Of a stretch of 64,000 nt of DNA, positions 40,857 to 53,300 are shown in pieces (position 1 is the first letter of the stretch; the number at the start of each line of letters is the position of its first letter). The notes beneath the pieces were generated by a model that worked only from the letters and a program-made list of their open reading frames with translations, did no database searches and was not told where the DNA came from. The DNA lies in contig JASANG010001013.1 of NCBI GenBank assembly GCA_030248215.1, forward strand, positions 496,001-560,000, written 5' to 3'. Both the position numbers and the translations under genes were made by a program. This stretch comes from Enoplolaimus lenunculus. Lineage: Eukaryota.

Positions 40857-41327
40857 TTAAGTATATTTTAGTGAGCAATTTCTAGATTTCTTCATGGGTC
40901 GTTTTAGCTGTCGTAAACAGCGATTGGTTCTGGAGACGGTCCCGTTTTGGGGACACGTTGCATAAACGTACCACATCTATGCAGTCATATGTATGAACCA
41001 ATATATGTGCTTAAAGTATTCTTTCATTAATTTTTTAGTATATTCCTTATATATTTAGTTGTATACATTTGTTTGCAGTTGCCAAAACTTGCATATTATG
41101 CGCTTACCTCTGACTTGACCATGTTGAATATAAATCTCTAATGCCGGATATAGCCTGCCTTCTTAATATTTGATCCTGAAACTTAGAAAATATATTTAGG
41201 CCCGCTGAAAAACCAGACCTACACTGCCGATGGCTTAGGTTTAGGCTTAAACTTTATTAGGCTTGGGCTAAAATGATAAATCTTTCTCAATTGCGAGCAG
41301 TTATAATTTGGTTCGCACAATTCAATT

Positions 41328-42531
41328 AAGAATCCTAGCATCCCAAATGTGAATCCTGCAATCGTAAGAATCTTAGCATCCCAAATGTGAATCTTGCGAT
41401 CGTAAGAATCTTAGCATCCCAAATGTGAATCTTGCAATCGTAAGAATCCTAGCATCCCAAATGTGAATCTTGCAATCGTAAGAATCCTAGCATCCCAAAT
41501 GTGAATCTTGCAATCGTAAGAATCCTAGCATCCCAAATGTGAATCTTGCAATCGTAAAAATCCTAGCATCTCAAATGTGAATCTTGCAATCGTAAGAATC
41601 CTAGCATCCCAAATGTGAATCTTGCAATCGTAAGAATCCTAGCATCCCAAATGTGAATCTTGCAATCGTAAGAATCCTAGCATCCCAAATGTGAATCTTG
41701 CAATCGTAAGAATCCTAGCATCCCAAATGTGAATCTTGCAATCGTAAAAATCCTAGCATCTCAAATGTGAATCTTGCAATCGTAAGAATCCTAGCATCCC
41801 AAATGTGAATCTTGCAATCGTAAGAATCTTAGCATCCCAAGTGTGAATCTTGCAATCGTAAAAATCCTAGCATCTCAAATGTGAATCTTGCAATCGTAAG
41901 AATCCTAGCATCCCAAATGTGAATCTTGCAATCGTAAGAATCCTAGCATCCCAAATGTGAATCTTGCAATCGTAAGAATCCTAGCATCCCAAATGTGAAT
42001 CTTGCAATCGTAAGAATCCTAGCATCCCAAATGTGAATCTTGCAATCGTAAAAATCCTAGCATCTCAAATGTGAATCTTGCAATCGTAAGAATCCTAGCA
42101 TCCCAAATGTGAATCTTGCAATCGTAAAAATCCTAGCATCTCAAATGTGAATCTTGCAATCGTAAGAATCCTAGCATCCCAAATGTGAATCTTGCAATAG
42201 TAAGAATCCTAGCATCCCAAATGTGAATCTTGCAATCGTAAGAATCCTAGCATCCCAAATGTGAATCTTGCAATCGTAAGAATCCTAGCATCCCAAATGT
42301 GAATCTTGCAATCGTAAGAATCCTAGCATCCCAAATGTTAATCTTGCAATCGTAAGAATCCTAGCATCCCAAATGTGAATCTTGCAATCGTAAGAATCCT
42401 AGCATCCCAAATGTGAATCTTGCAATCGTAAGAATCCTAGCATCCCAAATGTGAATCTTGCAATCGTAAGAATCTTAGCATCCCAAATGTGAATCTTGCA
42501 ATCGTAAGAATCTTAGCATCTCAAATGTGAA
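41328..42531. repeat. 38-bp satellite (AAGAATCCTAGCATCCCAAATGTGAATCTTGCAATCGT), ~31 copies
   Basis: Near-identical tandem units. Confidence 0.97.
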
Positions 42532-44214
42532 CCTAACAATGGATTTGCATATTGAAATATTGTTCAGAATAAGCATTCGGTTTAAACTCTGCTCGGCAGA
42601 ACTACAGGTATTCATACAAACGACCCAGAACTTTCTGGGGTGCAAACGGGTTTTAAACAAACAACGGGGGTACTTAGCACTGGCTTAGGGTCCATATGGG
42701 TTGTTATGCCCTCCTTCCTCAAACGGGGTTAGGAATGAGGCTGTTCTATGTTTTCGTTATGCACTTTTAATATCTTTTAGGCTATTTTTGCTTTGTATCG
42801 TAGTTAAATCTCTTAGCTGGAATTTAAGGGTGACGGTATGATGGGAGATTATTTATGTGCCTTCGAATAGAGCCTTATGCATGCGTTGTTTATGAGCCAA
42901 TGATTGATGAAGGACGTACCCGTGTATAACTCCCAGCTTATTTCTAAACCTAAGCCTAAGCCTCGACGTACGAATGTTACTAAGACTAAGCAAAAAAATT
43001 AGGCAAAAGCTTAAGCTTATTAAGTTCCTCCGAAAATGGTCAAGTAATTATGTATACATGGGCCCGTATGTCTATGCTGAACGTGGAGATTGAATTTGAA
43101 AATTCAACGTTATTTAAAACGAACGATGACGTTGATTTTTTTAAAATTCTAATCGTCATCAAAAATGATCACACTGTAAATACGAATGAGTTGATTTCTG
43201 AATTAATATCAGTAAACATTAACTCAGTCTGAGTTGAGTTGATTCTCACTCTGAGTCTAATTGCATCTGGGTGAGTTGATTAATTAACTCAGAATGAATG
43301 GAATCAACTCAAAGTTCTGAGTTATGATAGTCCTAAATGAGATTGAATGATTCAACTCATTCTGAGTTTAAATCAACTCACTGAAATTTACAGTGCAGTT
43401 GCTATTCTACTGGATTTCTAATGTTCGTTTAAACCAAATTTCACTTCGGCAGATATCCCTTATATTTCTCCTCTTGAATACGGCTCTGATAAACGTAGCT
43501 GTTGTGAAACATTGACGGGTTTAATAGTTTTTTGAAATATTTAGCATTGAAACTAACCATAAATTCAACAACAGTGTCAATTTTAGTGAGTTGATTTTAA
43601 CTCAAATTACGATGAATCACTCAATCTGGGTTAGGACTATCAGAACTCAAAATTTTCAGTTGATTCAGAATCGTTCTGAGCTAATTAATGAAATTCAACC
43701 AGAGTCAACTCAGAGTGAGAATCAGCTCAGCTCAGTATAAGTTAACGTTTACTAATTTTAATTCAGAAATAACTAACTCGCTAGCTGAATTGATTAATCA
43801 ACTCATTGGAATTTACCGTGAAAACATCACTTGCTAGAAAAAATTGTTCAAAGAATAAATTTTGTGCCAGGAGTTAGATCTTTCAGCCCCCCGACCCCCT
43901 TGAACGACAATCATGTGAAAAGTATCGTTTCTAACTGCAGTGTAACCGCAATATTTGCATTTACTAGTCAATTATTATATATACTTTATTTTTGTGTTTA
44001 TATGTTATTATATTATTATTTTTAATATATTCTATTCTAACTTATAGAGATCTTTGCTAGACGTATCGAACTTTTATATGCAGGTATTCTCAACTGTGCA
44101 TAGCACCTATCATTAGTTGGTAATAGGTTCGGCGGTATTTTTTTATTTGAATTATTTGTCCTAAAATTTAGCTCATTTTAGAGATTAGGCTTGTTCTCAA
44201 ATACAATCGGAGCC

Positions 44215-44405
44215 TGCCTATGTATAGAACAGGGCCGGATCGTTTTCCGGAGGGGCTATAAATAGAGTCAGTTTAAGCTTTAGACTAATTTTTTAGCTTA
44301 GGTTAGGCTTAGGCTTAGGAATATGCTCATCCATACGCTTAGGCTTAGGCTTAGGCTTAGGAATATGCTTATACTACTGTTCCGGCCCTGTTCTATACAT
44401 AGGCC
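44215..44405. mobile_element. TTAGGC MITE family A
   Basis: TIR GCCTATGTATAGAACAGGGCCGGA; 9-bp flanks atcggagcc/atctgagcc. Confidence 0.85.
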
Positions 44406-46829
44406 ATCTGAGCCTATAAATTTTGAAATTTAGCGTGCAACATGATACTGGTTCACGCTGTTATTAGTCTTAATTGTACTACAATTACAATTGTTGCCGT
44501 TCGCTTGTTTGAAAACCTCTGCTAAAACTTTATTCACACGTGCAAATTTTTGCAGCGACAACTTGCAAAACCTCGCAGCGATGTCAGTTTTGGTACTGTG
44601 ACAATAGGCGTTATACACATTTCAGAATATAGCACATAATGTATAGTTGGGTCAAACTTGACACACTGAGCATTAAAATATATCAAAAAATTACAATAAT
44701 AAAACAAAATATGAAAATCTTGCTGCAATTTTTGCTTAAAATTACTTTACGATAAATTTTCGAATTACAATGTTAACGATTTTCTAAGCTAAAACACCCT
44801 TAACCTGCTACCCGCGAGGCTTTCAAATTATGGTCAAAAAATGTTTGCCTTTAATTGTGCAAAATTAAGTCTCGGAACTGAAACAGAACGTTTTGAAAAA
44901 ATTACCTGACGGAAGCAGGGTAACCGCAGGGTTCATCCAGTTGTTATTGACTAAATCGACATTCACGTTACAACCAGAGCAGGCGGGTTACGGTTTGTCC
45001 CATGTTGATTCGAAGTCGACGTTAAAATTCGAGCACTCATATCGTTTGAACAGACAAAACTCGAGTGTCATATGACATCTACTTACAAACCACGACTCTC
45101 AGAAGATCAATGTGTACAAGAATCGGTATGTGACGTGATACTAAGGAACACTTATGTGAATATCATACGATATTCCAAAATCACAACGAATGCCGCATGA
45201 TATTCAGCGAGACAGTGTAATCTTCGGGTGATAACAAATTAATGGAAAGTCGGACGGCAGAGGTACAGATGCACTCTAAAATACGAAATGCACGCTTACA
45301 TTTTCGTGTCCACCTCAAAATCGTTTATAAAACAGCGTCATAATTCAAAAATTTATGTTTCAAATTCTAGTATCATATAAGATATTCAACAAGACAATTA
45401 GGGTATGTTACCTCAAGTATGCAAACATTTGAAAATCTATCATGTGATATTCGCTGACAATACGTCGAATATCACATGATATTGAAGAACAAAAGGTGAC
45501 CCAGACATGATAATAGCAGACAAACGCGAATTATGTTACCCAATAGGCAAATAGAGACAAAAGTGGTCCCAAGCTGCCCCGGTTATAACGCGAACCCCAC
45601 ATAAATTTGAATTTTCTGCCAAATTAGTATACCTGTTCGACCAAGTTTAGTTGTTAATGCATCAAGTTTTGCACCTTCAGTGCAATTTCTGTACTTAAAA
45701 CAAAACATGCGACACTCATCTCAAAAACAATAAAATTATTCTTATTTTCTCAAAAAATTTTCTGAAGAAAAAATATTCTCAGAATTTTGAGTAAAATATT
45801 TCTTAAACACAAACAATTCTTTCTTTTTTCAGTTGGTGATAGGTCGAGTAACTTTCAAACCAACGCGTGGACCAATTTTGATATCTGAAATGAAAGGAGT
45901 TCGTTAGTTTGAAAACCTATCCCTAACTGGGCATAGGTATTATACGTATTTAAGAATATCAGCCCAAATTTTTACCATAATTTCAAATTTAGCTTTAACG
46001 ATAATGAAAGAATATTTTCCGTGGGTTGAAATTGTGTATTCGCCTCGAGGTATATTCCGTAATACACAGACCATATTAGATTTTTTGCAATTTTGGGAAA
46101 CCGGCTTACCGTAATCATAGAGCGTACAAAGAGTAACTAATTACAAACTGTACACGCGCAATTAAAATGCACAACTGAAAAAATATATGTCAGGGTGCAA
46201 TCGGAATTACAAAATACCAAAACCAAAACTTGAAGGTTAAAAAATACTGAAACCGAAGCCGGAACTGGAAAACAAAATATACTTCTTACCGAAAAATTCA
46301 TTTTAAAGCTATTTTATCGGTTTTAATGAAAAATAGGGCCAATGTAAACCACAAAGCGGGACAGTATAAAAAGCATATTCCTAAGCCTAAGCGTAAGCCT
46401 AAGTGAAGGCCTAAACGTAAGAATGAGCATATTTCTAAGCCTAAGCCTAAGCGTAAGAATGAGCATATTCCTTAGCTTAAGCAAAAGCCTAAGCCTAAGA
46501 GTAGCAAATAAATTAGTCTAAAGCTTAAGCTTACTCTATTGCAGACCCACAGAAAAACTGTCCGCCCCTGATCATGGACCGAAAATAGTATAAAAATTCA
46601 CCTCCAATACATTTTTAGTAAATTTCGAAGAATCTTAAATAAATAACTATGAGCATTCTAGTTGTACTCAAAATATTTACAAAATTCGCCCAAGAACTTG
46701 TAATAATTAACTCAACCTAATTAAGTGTGTATATATTTGGGCTGCGAACAGCATAAATGTTAACACAAATCCGGCTTCGCAGGAATGACTGAGTGCCATC
46801 GTTTAATATTTCAGTGGAAAAGATACACG

Positions 46830-47037
46830 GTTTATTACCGGAACCGGAAACGTCTATTTTACCGGAACCGGATCAAGAAACGTCTGTTAACCGGAACCGG
46901 ATCGGGAAACGTCTGTTTTACCGGAATCGGATCGGGAAACGTCTGTTTTACCGGAACCGGATCGGGAAACGTCTGTTTTACCGGAACCGGATCGGGAAAC
47001 GTCTGTTTTACCGGAACCGGATCGGGAAACGTCTGTT
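46830..47037. repeat. 30-bp minisatellite (TTTTACCGGAACCGGATCGGGAAACGTCTG), ~6-7 copies
   Basis: Tandem repeat; explains the repetitive ORFs at 46785-47044. Confidence 0.93.
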
Positions 47038-48690
47038 AAAGTGAAAAATATTCAAGCAGGAAACCGAATGAGTAACGGTTTCTTGCATTTTTTATAAATC
47101 AGGGGGAGCTGTAAAAAGATATCAGTTTAGTATAAGCATATTCCTAAGCCTGAGCCTAATCCTAAATCTACCTAAGCCTAAAGCCTATCCTAATCCTGAG
47201 CAAAAAATAAAAGCTAATAAGCATACTCTATTGCAGTCCCGAAGAAAAACGTTTCGTCTCTGATTTGTTTCACATGCGCCGAATCTTGTGTCATTTTTAG
47301 GCTGCCGAGATCAAAAACCAACCAATAAATGTCGAATATGGACACGGCGTGGAAAATGTGCCAAATTCGCTCAATATATGATTCGTCAATGTGCTAAATC
47401 TTGTCAATTTTGCGTTAGTTCAACTAGTCGTGGTCACAACAGAACAACGCAGTGGTAGATTTCATTGGACAGAATTTTAGGCACCGAACAAAGTCGTCGA
47501 AGGCCCACGGTGATTGGTTGGATTAGGTTTAGGTTTCAGTTTCAGCATATATTCTAAAATGCGTATAGCACCTATCATCAGTTAGCGATAAGTTTTCAAA
47601 CGACGAACTCCAGCAAGTTACGAATCTTGAATCTGGTATAAAAGGATCATGAACTCAATGCAAAAATGTGCCTAATTTTGAAACTCAGCATTCACTGGTT
47701 TGAAAGTTAATAGACCTATTACTAACTGATGACAGGTGCTACGCACATTTAAATGAATAATTGCCATCTGCTCAGGTGTATGTTTTTCAAAAAATAAACG
47801 TATAAAAGGAAAATTTATAACAACACTTCAGATATTTGCTAAAATTTGCAAAATAACCATTGAAATATTTCTACCAGTCATAAACTGGGACTCACATCCG
47901 GTTCCGGTCTCCGGTCCAAAACATTTTGTGTTGCATTTCAGGCAGCGGTTTAACGGATATTTTGTATTCCGTCGGGTTCAAATTGCATAACTCACTTAAG
48001 CCGAAGCACCCGAGCTCCAAACGAAATTTCGTTTCCGGCTGAAACTCTGGTCACATTTTTGTTCGGATTCCGGTTCCGTCAACAAAGTTAAATTCTGATC
48101 ACAGTTCCCTTTTTGACCACATTTTGTTCCGGTTCGAACCCGGCAAAAATTTAGACCTCACATTGAACGAGGGGTGTGATGATGGCTGTTTGTCAGGTTA
48201 AACTCCAAATATTGGCAATTGATTTAAAATTTCAAACCCAACATGAATTCAACCACAAAAATTGGCTAATTTTGATTGAATATGACAATTTCTTATGCCG
48301 GGGTTTCGTTAGTCGCGTACAGGGGTTCCATTCACATCCTGACCCCCTCCCACTGCGAAACTTTTCCTCGGTTGATTTCCGTAATTTTCTTGCATCCCCA
48401 AACGAAAATAATTTACACCAGGGTTAACGTCGGGCATGAATTGTAGCTTGAGACAGGTATTTGGACCTCAACGTCTTGGGTCCATATACCTGACACCTAA
48501 TCTAGGGCACAAAACGCAAAAACATTTGACTTTCAAGGTCTGAAAAATTTACTTGTCTCACCCCCACAATTTGCTGTCCCCAACTTTACCCCTGGCCCGC
48601 TATGACTGGTATGAAACGTCAGATATACTGTTTTGTGTTTATGTTGCTTTTTGGGGCGTAACAGTAGCATAAATATAGTCCTAAGCCGAA

Positions 48691-48935
48691 TCTACGACAA
48701 TTCATCACCCGACAACTTGTCGCACAACAGTGTTCTAAAGCCTATAAATATATTTGTGCGTAATCCTAAACGTAATCCTAAGCGCAATCCTAAGCGTAAT
48801 CCTAAGCGTAATCCTAAGCGTAATCCTAAGCCTAAGCCTAAGCATAATGATGGGTGTCAAATTATCGAGTCGATAAAATTTCGGATTACAAGTTGTCGTT
48901 CGACGAGTTGTCTGGCTACGAATTCTCTGTCGTAC
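48691..48935. mobile_element. Repeat family C (CTACGACAATTC.. ends; GACAACTTGT motifs) with CCTAAG/CGTAATCCTAAG core
   Basis: Shared with ~8426-8580 and ~14480-14670 (reverse). Confidence 0.65.
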
Positions 48936-50373
48936 TACGTCCTCAGCCTAATTATGACCTCAAAAATAGCCCAAAACTTACGTATGCTTCAATAGCGGTC
49001 AGTGGAAGCCACGAAAAGCCCTTAAAACTAACAAGGACTTTTTATTTTGAGGATCCCAGTATCCCTAGAAATTGTGTCTCCAAAGATAGTTTTAACCCTG
49101 TACTTTAATGCAGCGTTCACAATAATTTTTCGCAACTGACCACCGCAAATCATCATTATGACGTGATTAGTGCTCAATTGCGAACAATTAGTGTGAACGC
49201 TACCTTGCCAGGCTAAAACTGTCGTCGAGAGAGGGGGTAAAAATGTTGAGGAGATGCTGGTTTCCGGTAATTTAGTTATTGTCACTCTACCGTACCGTAA
49301 TTTTAGCCAAATCTTTCAAAAAATCATCGCGTTTATTAATACAAGCTATAATATCAGTTAAAAACGCCTACACTTTGTTTTAATTAATAATTTAATAGCG
49401 TCAGAATAATTAATATTTGATACGGCAAAGAAGAGCGAGAAGAAAACGCAACAAGATTATAATAGTAAAAATTGAAGATAAGAAATAAAATCACCTAACG
49501 CACATATCGCTTGAAAATTTAGCCCCAATGTAAAGAACAGCGGCGGAACTGTAAGCATATACCTAAGCCTAAGTCTAAGCCTAAGCGCAAGAATGAGTAT
49601 ATTCCTAAGCCTACGCCTAAGATTAATCCAAGCGAATAAATTAGTTTAAAGCTTATTAAGCTTACTCTATTGCAATGCCACAGAAAAACGTTCCGCACCT
49701 GATTTTTACATGGGCCTAAATTTACATACAACTTGGGCTCGTGGTACCGAACCATGTATATAAACGGAAGCGTAACCCGCAACTACAGAACACTGAAAAT
49801 ATTCATGCCAACTCCAAGAATTTTATGCTGCGAGGTTGAATAGCAGTCGAAAAAAATCGGTAACTTCCTTAACATTTGCCTAAATTTCTTAATATTAAAT
49901 TAGCCAGAATTTGCTAAAAGTTTAACCAAATTTCAAACTCAACTACAATTTAAAACTGGTCAACCTATTAACTGTTCACGCTGACCAGAAATTACGCCTG
50001 ATAAACACCAGCGGCTAAAATTCCTTTAGGCTTATGCTTAGGTTTATTCTGATTGGTTGAAATATTTGAGTTCAAAGTACCAAATAACAACTCTGTTAGG
50101 CTTTGTGCAACTTTAAATTAAATTGCAATATTTTGCAAAAAAGTTTTCTGGCAAAAAAATGCGAACAGGTTATGGCTTGTGAAAGCATATTAAATGCAGT
50201 GTATGGTTAAATTCATACGGTTTCAAACTGCAAAATAAACCACACATCACGCATGACTGCATAAATTGCACAATTGCACATAATTGCTAAAAAAAGCAAA
50301 ACGCAGTTTGTTTCTTGGTTTGCACATCGCAATATAAGAAGAACCCAATTGTAATGCAGTAGGAAAACAGTGT

Positions 50374-53300
50374 TTAATAACCAGACAATTCTTGGAACGT
50401 TTGCTCCAGTTCTTCGGAAATCGCCTTGTATTTTTCTTTTTCGTGTTGAAGTTCATCTGCAAAAAAATAAAAAAACGAATAAACGAAATGAAAACATTTT
50501 TGAAACTCAATTTACCATTTGTAGCCTTTTTCCAAACTTCAGTGGGAAATTGGCATCGCCAAATTCTACATGCGAGGCACACAATAAAATGGACGATGCA
50601 TATAATATTGCTGAATTTTGTAATTTTTCAATTTACAAAATATCTTTGATAAAATTTATGGCCAATGTATAGAACAGAGTCGTAAGAGTATTATAGGAAT
50701 ATTCCTGAGCCTAATCGTAAGGATACGCCTATATCTAAACCTAAAGTCTAAGTCTAAGCATAAGCTTAAAGCAAAAAATAATCTAAAGCTTAAGCTTACT
50801 TTATTGCATTCCTGCAAAAACGGCCTGCTATTGATATTTACATGGACCACATTCACCAACGGCTGTAGCGAGTGGAATTTATATTATATGGCACATTTCG
50901 TATTTTGGTCATTTTCTTGGTGATTTTTAAATATGTTTCCAGGTGTAACGCACAACTCTTGGTTCGAAATTAACTAAATTCCACAACATATTTTCGTCGT
51001 TTATGGAACAAATTTTAAATTTTTCGATTTGTTATTTTTTTGCTTAATTAGCAACTTTATTAATTGTAAACTCAAAAACCCATTTCATAAAATTAATCAC
51101 CCAACGAGTGTTTTTTTTCTAAAATCTTTGGCTACGCCCCTGTTTTTAATAATTACAACTTAAAATAATTTATGTTCGCAACATTTTACTTAATTCATCT
51201 ATTAATAGCCAGCCAATCACAAACGATTTTGCATATATACTTTTAAGGATTTCAAGTTAAGTTTTTTAACAGAGTCTAGAAGACTTGAACCCGTGAGAAT
51301 TACACGGTCTGCACGACCCCTGTTCGATGTTTTGCTCAAAGTTAAAGACCCCGCGGCGAATCAAACCGTGGCCCTATTGTGCTCGAGTCAAGCATGCTAC
51401 TACTACACCATGTTATCATTGCAATAGTTTTAAGACCATTTGCACATGTATAACAATCTTTGTTTTATAAATACACTCATTATACAATAACTTGTAACTT
51501 ACCTTCAAGTCTGTCGACTTCCTTTTGCAAATTGAATGCAGATTTTTCAGCGTATTCAGCTCGGGTTTCAGCCTGAAAAATATATTAAAACAAAATCATA
51601 GCGACAACAACTACGATTAATGCCAATGATTGTGTAATACGGGGGTGCGTAGCCAGAACGTGGCAGGGCTGGACTGATTCAGCACGTCCTGGAAAATTTA
51701 TGAGATTATAGAAAAGTTTTTGCTTGTAAATCTCATCGTAAACCCTTGTATGCGTCTATGAATAATTTTTGCAGCCAACTATAGCAATATGAGCTGGATA
51801 CGGGTTGTATTTACATCAAAAAACGTAAACTTTACAGTAATGAGCAATACAAGTAAAATAGTTGTAGTTGACTTTCCAAACGAGTCCAAAGGTTCTATCA
51901 GGCTGTGTGGTTCAGCAGTGACTTATTTACCTCCTTGAGTCGAGTTGTAAGCGATCGCATTTGTTCTTCGTATGTTTCTTCGCGTTCCAACGCTTTTTCT
52001 TCGCTGACTTCGAGAGATTTCAAGTTGTTGCCGACAACGCGCAACTCTTCTTCAAGTTCAACCACTTTTCTAAAATTCAATTCAATACAGTAACCCCAAA
52101 TTTATAAGCTAGCACCTGGGTGCATCAACATGTGACAAAACGTGACCCGACTGATCAGTTAACGTGAATGCTCATATAGCGGGTTTAACACAAGTTAAAA
52201 AAAGAGAACATTGGCTAAAATTTGAAATAAATTATTGTAAAACCGATATATATTAACAAAAATAAAAGACCAAACTTACACTTCACCTTCTTCGGCACGA
52301 TCTTCAGCCTGTTCAAGGTCCAACTCAACCATACCCAGCTTGCGAGCGACCTGAAACCAAAATTTTAAATTCAAAAATTTGAAATTTCAACATAAATTTG
52401 TTATTTATTTAAAAATACAAAAGTCACTTTGAAAACTTCGGAATATGAACTTTGAGTTAGCAAACATGTTCAAAGACAGTAATTGAAAATTTTTTTATCT
52501 CACTTTAAGCAATTACTGATTGCAAGAAAATGTGGCGAATTCGGCTTCAATGACTGTAGCACCGATCACCAGCTGGTAATAGATTTCAAAGCATAATTGG
52601 AAAATGTTTAATAATTTTGCCAATATATTTTTCCCAGTCAGACTTCACTGTAAATTCCAATGAGTTAATTAATCAACTCAGACGGAAAATTAGTTATTTC
52701 TGAGTTAATACAGTAAACATAAACTCACTCGGAATTGAGTTGATTCTCGCTCTGAGTTGAGTTGACGCTGGGTGAATTGTTTAATTAACTCAGAATGAAT
52801 TGAATCCACTCAAAATTCTACGTTCTAATAGTCCTAACTCAGAGTGAGTGATTCAAATAATTATGAGTTAAAATCAACTCACTGGAATTTACAGTGTGGT
52901 CGCTACCAAACATAATATGTCCAGATGAAAACCGTGCGATAATTAAAAAATGTTGCAGTGATAAATAATACAAAAAATTGCTAAAGAGCAAGGGATATTT
53001 ACGAAGCATAAGTTCGGCATCAAAGCGTTTGGGCGCAGATGAGCACACAACATTAAAGCAGACAAATAACGCACGTTATTTCAAACTCAACATCATTGCT
53101 ATTTTGGCCCATGCTAACCGCTCTGTATACTAAAACCTACGCCTAAATTTGAGCTTAAGCTTTTACCGAAACATAAGCCTAATCTTAAGCCTAAATCTAA
53201 TCCTAAGCGTACGCCGAAACATAAGCATAATCCTAAGCCTAAATGTCGCCTAGACCTAATTAGTATACATAAGCCAAAGCCTCAGTCTCTAAGTCCCCAC

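Noticed and set aside
41328..42531. CRISPR array (also 11136-11600)
   Set aside because: No unique spacers, no cas genes, eukaryotic context.
45180..45690. Possible extra minus-strand exons (alternative tropomyosin C-terminus or small gene) near 45277 and 45688
   Set aside because: Splice-like sites exist, but the peptides show no tropomyosin or other recognisable similarity.
51345..51415. tRNA/SINE-like fragment on the minus strand (TGGTGTAGTAGTAGCATG..GGTTTGATTC)
   Set aside because: Boxes are degenerate, there is one copy in the window, and no cloverleaf forms.
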